Of a DNA stretch of 43,214 bases, positions 1 through 7,871 are shown piece after piece (positions within the stretch are counted from its first letter, which is position 1; every line of letters starts with the position of its first letter). Location: NCBI GenBank assembly GCA_945937975.1, contig CAMEUD010000002.1, forward strand, positions 1 to 43,214, given 5' to 3'. The notes beneath the pieces are model-generated. The model did no database searches and had not been told where the DNA came from. It was given only the letters and a program-made list of their open reading frames with translations. A program made the translations under genes and the position numbers. This DNA is from an uncultured Clostridia bacterium. GTDB taxonomy: Bacteria > Bacillota > Clostridia > Christensenellales > UBA1242.

Positions 1-22
1 GATGAAGATAACAATAATAACT

Positions 23-57
23 AAAAAAGACTGGTGTAATTCACCCAGTCTTTTTTT
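23..57. terminator. Bidirectional intrinsic terminator hairpin
   Basis: AAAAAAGACTGG-loop-CCAGTCTTTTTTT. It has an A-run on one side and a T-run on the other, and lies immediately 3' of the minus-strand CDS that ends at 59. Confidence 0.7.
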
Positions 58-58
58 G

Positions 59-1471
59 TTAACAAGTTTGTTCCATTTCTGTTTTTTTACAATTATTTTG
101 AGTTGTTGTTTGTTTTTCAAATATATTAAATTCTGGATATCTTTCACAGAATCTTTTTAGATTGTCATACGAAAAGCGAGACAATTTGTTTTTGATAAAG
201 AATTTTTCTTCTTTTGTCTTATTATTTTTTAAAATGTATTTTACCCTTGAATATGCTTCTTCCTTTGTAAAGTTATTCTTTTTTAGTACAGCAAGAATCA
301 TTGCTACTAGTTGACCAAGTTCTATTGGTTTACTTTGAGATTTTAAACAATTAAAGCATAACTCGTGGTCATCCAACAAATCTTTCCTTACTTTTTTGTC
401 GATTTCTTTTGACATTTTTATTTCATCGTTAATGTTATACTTCCTTCTCAATTCAATGCAATTGTTTATCATATGATTCAAAAGACTTCTGTTTGGTCTT
501 GCATCTTCATCCACTACCGAACTAGGTATATCAGTTATATAGTTATAACTTAATTTTGCGTTTGAATCTAACACATTCATTAATTGTGCAATTCCACGTT
601 TTTCTGTCATCTCATCAGTTTTTAGTTCATAAAATGAATATTTTAACATATCAAGAGGTACCAAAAATGAAGCCAATGCAAACTTATTAGATTCATTTTT
701 CCTTTTTGTGTCGGAAGTTGGATCAATATAATAATATCCATTCAAATTATATTTTTCATCTTTAAGGTAAACAATTGCTGTCATATGACTATAGTCTATG
801 TTATTTTCATTTACCATTAGAAAATTCTCAAACATTACAACATTGTTTTTATCAATTCTTGCCATTATTTCTTTTAGTAACTCAACATATCCAACGCAAA
901 CAATTTTATTAGAATTTAGTATTGAATATATTGCTCTTGAAATATTCTTGTTCTCATCATCACTTTCTTTTTGATATGGTATACTTGTGATATCAAAATA
1001 TGCCATAAGCAATTGCTCTGCTGGTGATAAATCTAACTTTTTAATTTTGTCAGCAATATCATCCAATTTTTGATTTGCTTTTATTATGTCATAAACTCCC
1101 CAAGTTATATCGGCATCTTCTATCCCCAAATTGATATAAGGGTATTTTTGTGCTAACTCATATAACCTTTTACAAGTTACATTGCTATCAACATATGCAT
1201 TTGAACTATGCCTAAATGAAATAATAATATTATCTTTGTTTATCTTCCATTTTAATTTGCGATAAGCATTTTCAATTCTATCTTCAAGACTTTTATTTAA
1301 GAAAGGCTCTGAATCGAATTGTAATTCTTTTTCTTCAAATAAATATACAAACTTAATATCAGTTCGCCCCAACTCTTTACACTTTTCTTTGTAATCTTTT
1401 ATATTTTTGTCAAAATCATTGTTGACTTCTGCATATATTGCCGGATAATAAAATTTGATTTCTTTTTTCAT
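59..1471 (-). CDS. Transglutaminase-like (Cys-His-Asp) superfamily protein, paralog 1
   Basis: 470-aa ORF. The motif order C (KIVCVGYVELLKEIMAR), H (DYSHMTAIVYL), D (YYYIDPTSD) matches the transglutaminase-core triad. It is a clear paralog of 1922..3274. Confidence 0.6.
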   Translation of the reverse strand: MKKEIKFYYPAIYAEVNNDFDKNIKDYKEKCKELGRTDIKFVYLFEEKELQFDSEPFLNKSLEDRIENAYRKLKWKINKDNIIISFRHSSNAYVDSNVTCKRLYELAQKYPYINLGIEDADITWGVYDIIKANQKLDDIADKIKKLDLSPAEQLLMAYFDITSIPYQKESDDENKNISRAIYSILNSNKIVCVGYVELLKEIMARIDKNNVVMFENFLMVNENNIDYSHMTAIVYLKDEKYNLNGYYYIDPTSDTKRKNESNKFALASFLVPLDMLKYSFYELKTDEMTEKRGIAQLMNVLDSNAKLSYNYITDIPSSVVDEDARPNRSLLNHMINNCIELRRKYNINDEIKMSKEIDKKVRKDLLDDHELCFNCLKSQSKPIELGQLVAMILAVLKKNNFTKEEAYSRVKYILKNNKTKEEKFFIKNKLSRFSYDNLKRFCERYPEFNIFEKQTTTQNNCKKTEMEQTC

Positions 1472-1589
1472 ATTCCCTTCGTTTTTATTTTATCACAAAA
1501 CAAATATGTGGTCAATACTTGCATTTTTGTACACATATGTAATTAAGGTTATAACAAATAAATATATCAATCATTTGACAAAAAAATTT

Positions 1590-1598
1590 TGTTATAAT
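1590..1598 (+). promoter_or_regulatory. Extended -10 promoter (TGtTATAAT) for tRNA-Gly
   Basis: TGTTATAAT lies about 15 nt upstream of the tRNA 5' end. The nearby TTGACA is only 12 nt away, so it is not a proper -35. Confidence 0.45.
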
Positions 1599-1613
1599 AT
1601 ATTGTACTATGAT

Positions 1614-1687
1614 GCAGGTGTAGTTTAGTGGTAAAACAAAAGCTTCCCAAGCTTTGGTCGTGAGTTCGATTCTCATCACTTGCTCCA
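1614..1687 (+). tRNA. tRNA-Gly (anticodon CCC)
   Basis: Cloverleaf read by hand. Acceptor GCAGGTG/CACTTGC, D stem GTTT/AAAC, anticodon stem AAAGC/GCTTT with loop TTCCCAA, T arm GTGAG-TTCGATT-CTCAT, discriminator T and encoded CCA. Confidence 0.9.
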
Positions 1688-1690
1688 TAG

Positions 1691-1760
1691 AAAAAACATC
1701 GCCCTTTTGATTTGATTTGAAATTATCATTTCAAATTTTCATCTTTTGGGCGTGTTTTTT
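1691..1760 (+). terminator. Long compound terminator hairpin after tRNA-Gly
   Basis: The outer stem is AAAAAACA-CGCCC / GGGCG-TGTTTTTT. It encloses a perfect inner hairpin ATTTGAAAT-tatc-ATTTCAAAT and ends in a T-run. Confidence 0.6.
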
Positions 1761-1906
1761 CTTTTTACCCACCAATCGAAAACTCCACTTCGCTAAGGAG
1801 TTTTGTGGGTGCTTTCCTTTATAGTATGGTTTCGCTTTTATAGATTTATTAGAAAATTTTATTCTATAAAATATTCTTTATACTTTTACTTTTTCATTCA
1901 CCGTTC

Positions 1907-1936
1907 AAAAAAAAGAGATTATCACATCTCTTTTTC
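1907..1936 (-). terminator. Intrinsic terminator of paralog 2 gene
   Basis: AAGAGAT-tatcac-ATCTCTT with flanking A and T runs. It overlaps the stop codon of 1922..3274. Confidence 0.6.
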
Positions 1937-3274
1937 TTTATTTTTTGGTATTACACTTAACAAAATTTCTTTTGTTGATTTATCTAAATTTTTATTATTT
2001 AACGCCATTCTATTTTGATATAATGAAAAACTTGAGAATGCATTTCTCCCAAACTTTTGTTGCGTTGTATAATAATTGTCTTTATATATTCGACAAACCT
2101 TTTGATTTATTATTTCATCGGTATCATCTTTATTTGTTGCCTTTAACACATTTTTAATAAGTTTTAGCATCGTGTCCAGCGAATATTCTTTGCTTCTTTG
2201 CCTTATTAAGGAATATGTAAATTGTGGGGATTTTTTATATATGTCCTTTATTGGCAAATTTGTAAATTCATTTTCTTTACCTATCAATGCCCTCAACCTT
2301 TTGTCGTTGTTCAAAAATTCTTCAAAAGTTTCCGTTAATACAACGCTAGTTTGGCCAAGGCTTACTTGGTCAGCATATTGAGGTCTGTGATATGTCGCAA
2401 TATTGTTGTATGTTGCTGTTATGTGTTCAACTGTATCATACCTTATTGGATATGTTTGTATCAAGGAATTTATATTTCTTATTTCTCTTATTGGCAACAT
2501 AAAATATGCTAATCTTATACTTGTGTCGCCATCTCGTTTTGAGTCCCATGTCGGATCACAATAATAGTATCCGTCAAGATTGTATTTTTCATCTTTTAAA
2601 TAAATAATACAAGTTTCGTGATATTCTGTTCTATTCTTATTCGGCAATTTAACTTTATTCGAAAAAATCTGTATATCATTTCCTAGTCCAAGCCTTGCCA
2701 TTATCTCTTTAAGCAGTTCAACATAACCAACACAGACAATTTTGTCAGAGTTCAATACTCCAAAAACTTCTCTTGAAGTGTACAAACTTTCAATACTTGA
2801 TGCTTCCTTGTATATTTTTTGAGTAATAATTGTGTATACCAAAAATAGTTGTTCAAGTTTTGACAAATCTTTACTTTTTACTTCTTTAACGATGTCTTCT
2901 ATTTTTTTGTTTGCATTTATAATTTGTTCACTTGACCATGTTACATCTCCTGACTCAATACCCAAATGATAACCATCAAAATGCTTTTCCAATTCATATA
3001 GCACTTTACAACTTTCATTGGAATTTGTTTTTAAAGTTTTATCATGCAAAAAAGAAATGATAAACTCATCTTTTTTTATTCCATTTTTTGTCATTAACTC
3101 AATAATTTTATTAATATTTTCTATTTGACAATTTAAGTCGCCTTTAAGTAAATCCTTTTCCCTTAATATGTAAACAAACTTGGCATTACCTTTTTGCCTT
3201 AAACTTTTAAAAAATTTTACATAACTATCAAAGGAATAACCATTTGTTGCATCGTAATAATATTTTTGTTCCAT
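1922..3274 (-). CDS. Transglutaminase-like (Cys-His-Asp) superfamily protein, paralog 2
   Basis: 450-aa ORF. It shares an identical KIVCVGYVELLKEIMAR block, H in EYHETCIIYLKDEKYNL and D in YYYCDPTWD with 59..1471. The nucleotide sequences differ at synonymous sites, which indicates an old duplication. Confidence 0.6.
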   Translation of the reverse strand: MEQKYYYDATNGYSFDSYVKFFKSLRQKGNAKFVYILREKDLLKGDLNCQIENINKIIELMTKNGIKKDEFIISFLHDKTLKTNSNESCKVLYELEKHFDGYHLGIESGDVTWSSEQIINANKKIEDIVKEVKSKDLSKLEQLFLVYTIITQKIYKEASSIESLYTSREVFGVLNSDKIVCVGYVELLKEIMARLGLGNDIQIFSNKVKLPNKNRTEYHETCIIYLKDEKYNLDGYYYCDPTWDSKRDGDTSIRLAYFMLPIREIRNINSLIQTYPIRYDTVEHITATYNNIATYHRPQYADQVSLGQTSVVLTETFEEFLNNDKRLRALIGKENEFTNLPIKDIYKKSPQFTYSLIRQRSKEYSLDTMLKLIKNVLKATNKDDTDEIINQKVCRIYKDNYYTTQQKFGRNAFSSFSLYQNRMALNNKNLDKSTKEILLSVIPKNKEKEM

Positions 3275-3316
3275 ACTTTTAGTATAATAATAATGTTGAA
3301 ATTTGTCAAGATTACA

Positions 3317-3904
3317 TCATTTTTGAGTTATATCTTTTGTGATTATAAAAATAAGCACAATAATTGTTTGAAGCGGTATTCCTAGCAAAAATATTGGCCA
3401 TGCAATAGTTCGTGGTAACAGAACAACAAAAACAGATGCCAAAATCGACCATATACAAAGCGAAGACAATGTAAAAGTGCAAGTTCTATTCCACCATTTT
3501 CTGCTACAAAATATTGAAATTAAAAGTGCAATACTTGTTGCAATTACAAAAACTTTCCAAGTGTTTGATTGATTTATTAAAATATTGTAAACAAATATAA
3601 TTGTTGCCAAAGTATAACAACTGACAACCAAAAGTAATGCAATCGCAATTTTTATTTGGGCTTTTATATTATTTTTCTGTTTTGGTACTTCTTCGTGCGA
3701 ATGAATTAACCAGTCAAACTCAACGCCATAAAATTCACATAGTTTTAATAACACATCAATATCTGGCATAGAATCACCAATTTCCCATCTTGACACTGCT
3801 TTATCTGAATAATTAAACTCTCTTGCAACATCTTTTTGAGTTAATTTTTTATTTTTTCTAAGCATTATTAAATTTTTTGATATGTTTTGTTTTATATCTT
3901 CCAT
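3317..3904 (-). CDS. XRE-family helix-turn-helix regulator fused to four predicted transmembrane helices
   Basis: The N-terminus LRKNKKLTQKDVAREFNYSDKAVSRWEIGDSMPDIDVLLKLCEFYGV is a typical HTH_3 domain. The C-terminal half is four hydrophobic segments. There is no SD, and a TAATAT -10 lies 6 nt upstream of the ATG, so the mRNA is probably leaderless. Confidence 0.8.
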   Translation of the reverse strand: MEDIKQNISKNLIMLRKNKKLTQKDVAREFNYSDKAVSRWEIGDSMPDIDVLLKLCEFYGVEFDWLIHSHEEVPKQKNNIKAQIKIAIALLLVVSCYTLATIIFVYNILINQSNTWKVFVIATSIALLISIFCSRKWWNRTCTFTLSSLCIWSILASVFVVLLPRTIAWPIFLLGIPLQTIIVLIFIITKDITQK

Positions 3905-3950
3905 ATAAATATATTAACATTTTTAAGCAAAATACTCAAACAAAAAACCT

Positions 3951-4000
3951 AATTCTATTTTAAATAGAGTTTAAATTTTATGGTAAGTCAAAATAGAATT
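3951..4000. promoter_or_regulatory. 11-bp perfect inverted repeat (candidate operator) upstream of the XRE gene
   Basis: AATTCTATTTT (3951..3961) and AAAATAGAATT (3990..4000) are exact reverse complements. They lie just upstream of the putative -35 (TTGAGT, 3939..3934) of the XRE gene. Confidence 0.35.
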
Positions 4001-4116
4001 AATTTTGAGAATACATTTTTAATTTTTCTCTTGATAGTTTTTTTATTTACATATATACTCTATAATACAATTATTTTTAAAAATTTACATAAGATAAAAA
4101 AGGGTACTTGATAAAA

Positions 4117-4902
4117 ATGAATAAAGTCGAAATATTAAAAAGAATTGATGAATGTGAAAGAGTAAAAGATTTTTCTGCACACACAACCCCACCCAACACA
4201 AAAAAGATTTTACCAGTTGCTGATAATTACGATTATATGCAAAAAGGGTTTTTTACTCAAACAGGTTGTTTGTTTGGAAAGACATTATTTAATGTTGCAA
4301 AGTTTGTTATTCCACCATATTTTAGATTTAAAGTTGTTGGCAAAGAAAATTTGAAAGGACTTAAAAAAGCAATTTTAACTTCAAATCATATCAACAATAT
4401 GGATTCAATTTTAATAAAACGAGCAGTTGGTCATCACAAATTAAGAATAACTGTTGCACCTTTTAACAATTACAAAAGTTTACTTGGAAAATGTATGCGT
4501 GGAGCTGGGATTATGCCCATTGGAGAAAGTTTGCCAAGTTTAAGACATTTTTCGAGTGCAATAACAAATTATCTTAACAAAAACAATTTTGTTTTATTTT
4601 ACCCAGAAGGCTCACTTTGGTGGTGTTATGAAAAACCAAGACCACTATATAATGGTGCATATTTTTATGCAGTTAAAAACAATGTCCCTATTGTCCCTAT
4701 GTTTTTTACTTTTAAGAATTTAAGAAAGAAAAAGAATGGAATATACAAAAAACAATTTATTCTTCATATTGGTAAACCTATTTATGCCAAAGATAATTTG
4801 ACAGATAAAGAAAATATTAAATATATGCAAGAACAAAATATGGAGTTCAATATCAAAACTTATGAAGAATTTTATGGTAAAAAATTAGAATATCTTGATT
4901 AA
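4117..4902 (+). CDS. plsC: 1-acyl-sn-glycerol-3-phosphate acyltransferase family (PlsC-like)
   Basis: HX4D motif (SNHINNMDS) and FYPEGS motif. The ATG at 4117 follows AAGGG; the ORF track starts at a TTG at 4108. Confidence 0.75.
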   Translation: MNKVEILKRIDECERVKDFSAHTTPPNTKKILPVADNYDYMQKGFFTQTGCLFGKTLFNVAKFVIPPYFRFKVVGKENLKGLKKAILTSNHINNMDSILIKRAVGHHKLRITVAPFNNYKSLLGKCMRGAGIMPIGESLPSLRHFSSAITNYLNKNNFVLFYPEGSLWWCYEKPRPLYNGAYFYAVKNNVPIVPMFFTFKNLRKKKNGIYKKQFILHIGKPIYAKDNLTDKENIKYMQEQNMEFNIKTYEEFYGKKLEYLD

Positions 4903-4932
4903 AAAGCACAACAAAACTTGTTGTGTTTTTTT
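4901..4932. terminator. Bidirectional terminator between plsC and glnN
   Basis: AAAAAG-CACAACAA-aac-TTGTTGTG-TTTTTTT, between convergent stop codons. Confidence 0.7.
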
Positions 4933-6984
4933 CTAATATAACATATCATTGTAAGTTGGAATATCTAACAAATTTGATGGCAAAAGTTTTTCTATTTCAT
5001 CATACACACTTCTTACCTTTGACATTTGTGGTAAAAATTCTAGTTTTATAAATTCAATATCTTCACTAAATTTTTCAAAAGTCAAAGTAGATAATTTTAA
5101 TGCTTGCTTATATAATTCTTCATAAAGTTTTGTAATTGTCATTAATGTTTTTGTTCTTGCATTTGAATTTGACATAAGCACAGATAATGAATTTATATAA
5201 GTGTTAATTGCTGGGAAAATTTGTTTGTTTAACATTTCCAACATTGTTTTTGCTTCAAGTTTTATTGTATTTATATATTTTGATGTTAATGCCTGTTTTC
5301 TTAAACATAACTCATCTTTGTTTAATACATTAGTGTCTTTAAATAATTCAACAATGTCATCATCTAATAATTTATCATAAACACTTAAACCATCTTTATA
5401 TTCAATAAGTCCCCTTGAAAGTGCTTCATCTTTCCAATTTTTGTCATAACAGTTTCCATTGTTAATAACTTTACCATGCAATGTTATAAGATTTTTTAAT
5501 TCATCTATTAATATTTCTCTAACATTTTCTTTATCTTTTAATTTACCATACAAATCTTTAATCATTTTTGAAAGAGATGTTGAAATGCAAGTTAAAGGGA
5601 ATGCCAAAGACTGACTTGAACCAACCATTCTAAATTCGAATTTATTACCAACAAAAGCAAATGGACTAGTTCTATTTCTATCACAATAATCTTTTTGTGC
5701 TTGTGGCAAACTTTTTACTTTTGTATCCAAATATTTCTTTTTGTCAAAATGTTTTTTATCATCAAAAAACATATTTAATGAATTTAATACATAATCACTT
5801 GCAAACGCAGACACAATCGCAGGTGGGGCTTCATCTCCACCCAATCTTAAATCATTATCTCTATATGCAGTTGATAACCTTATTAACTTATTATATTTGT
5901 CTATGCTAGACACCATACAAACAAAGAATGTGTAAAATAATAATCTATCATCAAGTCCTAAATCAAACAAATTTATACCAGTATCTGTGCTAATTGATAA
6001 GTTAGCATGCTTACCACTTCCATTAATTCCATTAAAAGGTTTTTCGCTAAAAAGTGCAGTCATATTATATTTGTTTGCAGTTTCTTTAATTGTTTGAAGT
6101 ATTAAATAGTTTTGGTCGCAACTAATATTTGCCAAACTATAAATTGGGACAATTTCATATTGATTTGGTGCAACTTCGTTATGTTGCAATTTTGCACTTA
6201 TTCCCATTTTCCATAATGTGTTATTTACTTCATTCATAAATATGCTTATTTTATCTTCAATAACACCAAAATAATGAGAACACAACTCTTGTGATTTTAC
6301 AGGCTTTGCTCCAAGCAAAGTTCTTCCAACAATTTTTAAATCAAAACGCTTATTGAAATCATTTGAGTTAATCAAAAAGTATTCTTGTTCTGCTCCGACA
6401 CTCAAATTTACTTTTTTAACATTTTTGTAACCCAAAACATGAATTAATTTAACTGAATTTTCACTAAGGCTTTCAAGGGCTCTTAATAATGGTGTTTTTT
6501 CATCTAAACATGTTCCATTATATGAGCAAAATGCAGTTGGAATATATACAACTCTATTTTTTGCACTATCTTCTTTTATAAAAATTGGCGAAGTGTAATC
6601 CCAAACTGTATATCCCCTTGCTTCAAATGTCATTCGTTCTCCACCATTAGGAAAACTTGATGCATCTGTTTCACCTTTAATCAAATCTTTTGCCGAAAAC
6701 TTTTCTATAAACTTATTAGCTTTTGTTGGTTCAATAAAAGACACTTGTTTCCCTGCACTTTGATTCGTTAGTGGCATAAACCAATGAGTATAATGAGATG
6801 CTTTTTTATCTTTTGCCCATTTCATGATTGATTTTGCTATTTTTTGTGCAATATCATAAGTTAATGCTCCACCTTCATTTTTTATTTTTTTGTATGTATG
6901 AAATGAGAATATGTCGAGATATTTTTTCATAACTCTATCACTAAATACAAATTCTCCAAATAATTTTTCCGTTTTTGACTTCAT
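4933..6984 (-). CDS. glnN: Glutamine synthetase, type III
   Basis: 683 aa. GS motifs HNEVAPNQYEI and KPFNGINGSGKHANLS are present, and the length and long N-terminal extension are typical of GSIII. SD AAGGAG lies 7 nt upstream. Confidence 0.85.
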   Translation of the reverse strand: MKSKTEKLFGEFVFSDRVMKKYLDIFSFHTYKKIKNEGGALTYDIAQKIAKSIMKWAKDKKASHYTHWFMPLTNQSAGKQVSFIEPTKANKFIEKFSAKDLIKGETDASSFPNGGERMTFEARGYTVWDYTSPIFIKEDSAKNRVVYIPTAFCSYNGTCLDEKTPLLRALESLSENSVKLIHVLGYKNVKKVNLSVGAEQEYFLINSNDFNKRFDLKIVGRTLLGAKPVKSQELCSHYFGVIEDKISIFMNEVNNTLWKMGISAKLQHNEVAPNQYEIVPIYSLANISCDQNYLILQTIKETANKYNMTALFSEKPFNGINGSGKHANLSISTDTGINLFDLGLDDRLLFYTFFVCMVSSIDKYNKLIRLSTAYRDNDLRLGGDEAPPAIVSAFASDYVLNSLNMFFDDKKHFDKKKYLDTKVKSLPQAQKDYCDRNRTSPFAFVGNKFEFRMVGSSQSLAFPLTCISTSLSKMIKDLYGKLKDKENVREILIDELKNLITLHGKVINNGNCYDKNWKDEALSRGLIEYKDGLSVYDKLLDDDIVELFKDTNVLNKDELCLRKQALTSKYINTIKLEAKTMLEMLNKQIFPAINTYINSLSVLMSNSNARTKTLMTITKLYEELYKQALKLSTLTFEKFSEDIEFIKLEFLPQMSKVRSVYDEIEKLLPSNLLDIPTYNDMLY

Positions 6985-7000
6985 AAAATTCTCCTTTTAA

Positions 7001-7032
7001 ACAAAAAAACAACCAAATTTGCTTTGGTTGTT
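7001..7032 (-). terminator. Leader (attenuator) terminator directly upstream of glnN
   Basis: On the minus strand: AACAACCAAA-gcaaa-TTTGGTTGTT followed by TTTTTGTTT. It ends about 10 nt before the glnN SD, so it lies inside the 5' leader rather than after a gene. Confidence 0.6.
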
Positions 7033-7078
7033 CTTACTTTTTTAATTTTTTACACAACAAAACAATTGTAACAAATAT

Positions 7079-7123
7079 TTACAATAAAAGAATATTTTGT
7101 TGTTGTTGTTGAAATTTTTTCAT
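7079..7123 (-). CDS. Candidate Gln-rich leader peptide MKKFQQQQQNILLL
   Basis: ATG AAA AAA TTT CAA CAA CAA CAA CAA AAT ATT CTT TTA TTG TAA read from the minus strand. It sits between the promoter and the attenuator hairpin. There is no SD, and the ATG is 9 nt downstream of the -10, so it would be near-leaderless. Confidence 0.45.
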   Translation of the reverse strand: MKKFQQQQQNILLL

Positions 7124-7132
7124 ACAATATTT

Positions 7133-7161
7133 ATATTACTCGCCTTAAAAAAATTTGTCAA
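7133..7161 (-). promoter_or_regulatory. Sigma-A-like promoter of the glnN leader
   Basis: TTGACA (7161..7156), a 17-nt spacer, then TAATAT (7138..7133) on the minus strand. Confidence 0.55.
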
Positions 7162-7282
7162 TATATATTATGATAATTTTTTTATTTGTGTTAAATTTTT
7201 TAAAATACTAAATTTTAACAACTTTTAAAAACTAAATATTGAATAAAATCATTAAGTTTTGTTTTGTTTTTTAATTTTTCTT

Positions 7283-7291
7283 TGCTATAAT
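7283..7291 (+). promoter_or_regulatory. Extended -10 promoter (TGcTATAAT) of hpf
   Basis: TGCTATAAT lies 24 nt upstream of the hpf start, followed by SD AGGGAGG. Confidence 0.5.
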
Positions 7292-7314
7292 ACAGATATC
7301 AAAGGGAGGCAATT

Positions 7315-7845
7315 ATGAAAATAGAAATTATTGAAAGGAATTATGATGTAGGAGTTAGACTTCGTGCATTATTTGAAAAGAAAATAGAAAAACTTGATAG
7401 ATATTTTAATGATGATGCAATCGCAAAAGTTGTATGTGCAAAAGAAGGTAAAAGATTTAAACTTGAACTTACAATTATAAACAAAGGTAATATTTATAGA
7501 AGTGAAACATATGGCGAAAATATGTATGAAAATATTGATATAGTTTTGCCAAAAATTGAAAAGCAAATTATCAAATATTCAACAAAAAATCGTGATAAAC
7601 TTAAAAAAGGTGCATTTGATTTACCAAAATATGAATTTTTGGATAAAGAACCAAAAGAGAAAGAAAAAACTATCTACAAGAAAAAATCATTTAATCTTGA
7701 TCCACTCACAATCAATGATGCAGAAGAATTTTTGGAAAACTTGGAACATGATTTCTTTGTATTCCTTAATGCTGAAACAGGCAAAGTAAACATTTTATAC
7801 AACAGAAAAGATGGTGAACTTGGACTTATTGAATGTAATGTTTAA
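7315..7845 (+). CDS. hpf: Ribosome hibernation promoting factor, long form
   Basis: The S30AE/sigma-54 modulation fold starts at the N-terminus (MKIEIIERNYDVGVRLRALFEKKIEKLDRYF). A C-terminal dimerisation domain (FVFLNAETGKVNILYNRKDGELGLIE) is also present. Confidence 0.9.
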   Translation: MKIEIIERNYDVGVRLRALFEKKIEKLDRYFNDDAIAKVVCAKEGKRFKLELTIINKGNIYRSETYGENMYENIDIVLPKIEKQIIKYSTKNRDKLKKGAFDLPKYEFLDKEPKEKEKTIYKKKSFNLDPLTINDAEEFLENLEHDFFVFLNAETGKVNILYNRKDGELGLIECNV

Positions 7846-7871
7846 TTTATGTTTTAAATTTTAAAAATAGT

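Noticed and set aside
1-24. Open frame GAT GAA GAT AAC AAT AAT AAC TAA at the left edge, a possible C-terminal end of an upstream plus-strand gene.
   Set aside because: Only 7 codons are visible. The downstream bidirectional terminator is consistent with a gene ending here, but nothing can be called from the sequence available.
1472-1921. Integrated mobile element or prophage at tRNA-Gly.
   Set aside because: There is no integrase, recombinase or transposase anywhere nearby. I found no direct repeat of the tRNA 3' end. The two flanking genes are ancient paralogs rather than cargo bounded by att sites.
7095-7111. The (CAA)5 run upstream of glnN read simply as a microsatellite, or as belonging to the hpf side.
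   Set aside because: It is kept as a finding rather than dismissed. The run is in frame within an ATG...TAA mini-ORF, is on the glnN strand downstream of a good promoter, and is complementary to a segment that competes with a terminator arm. The microsatellite explanation remains the null hypothesis.
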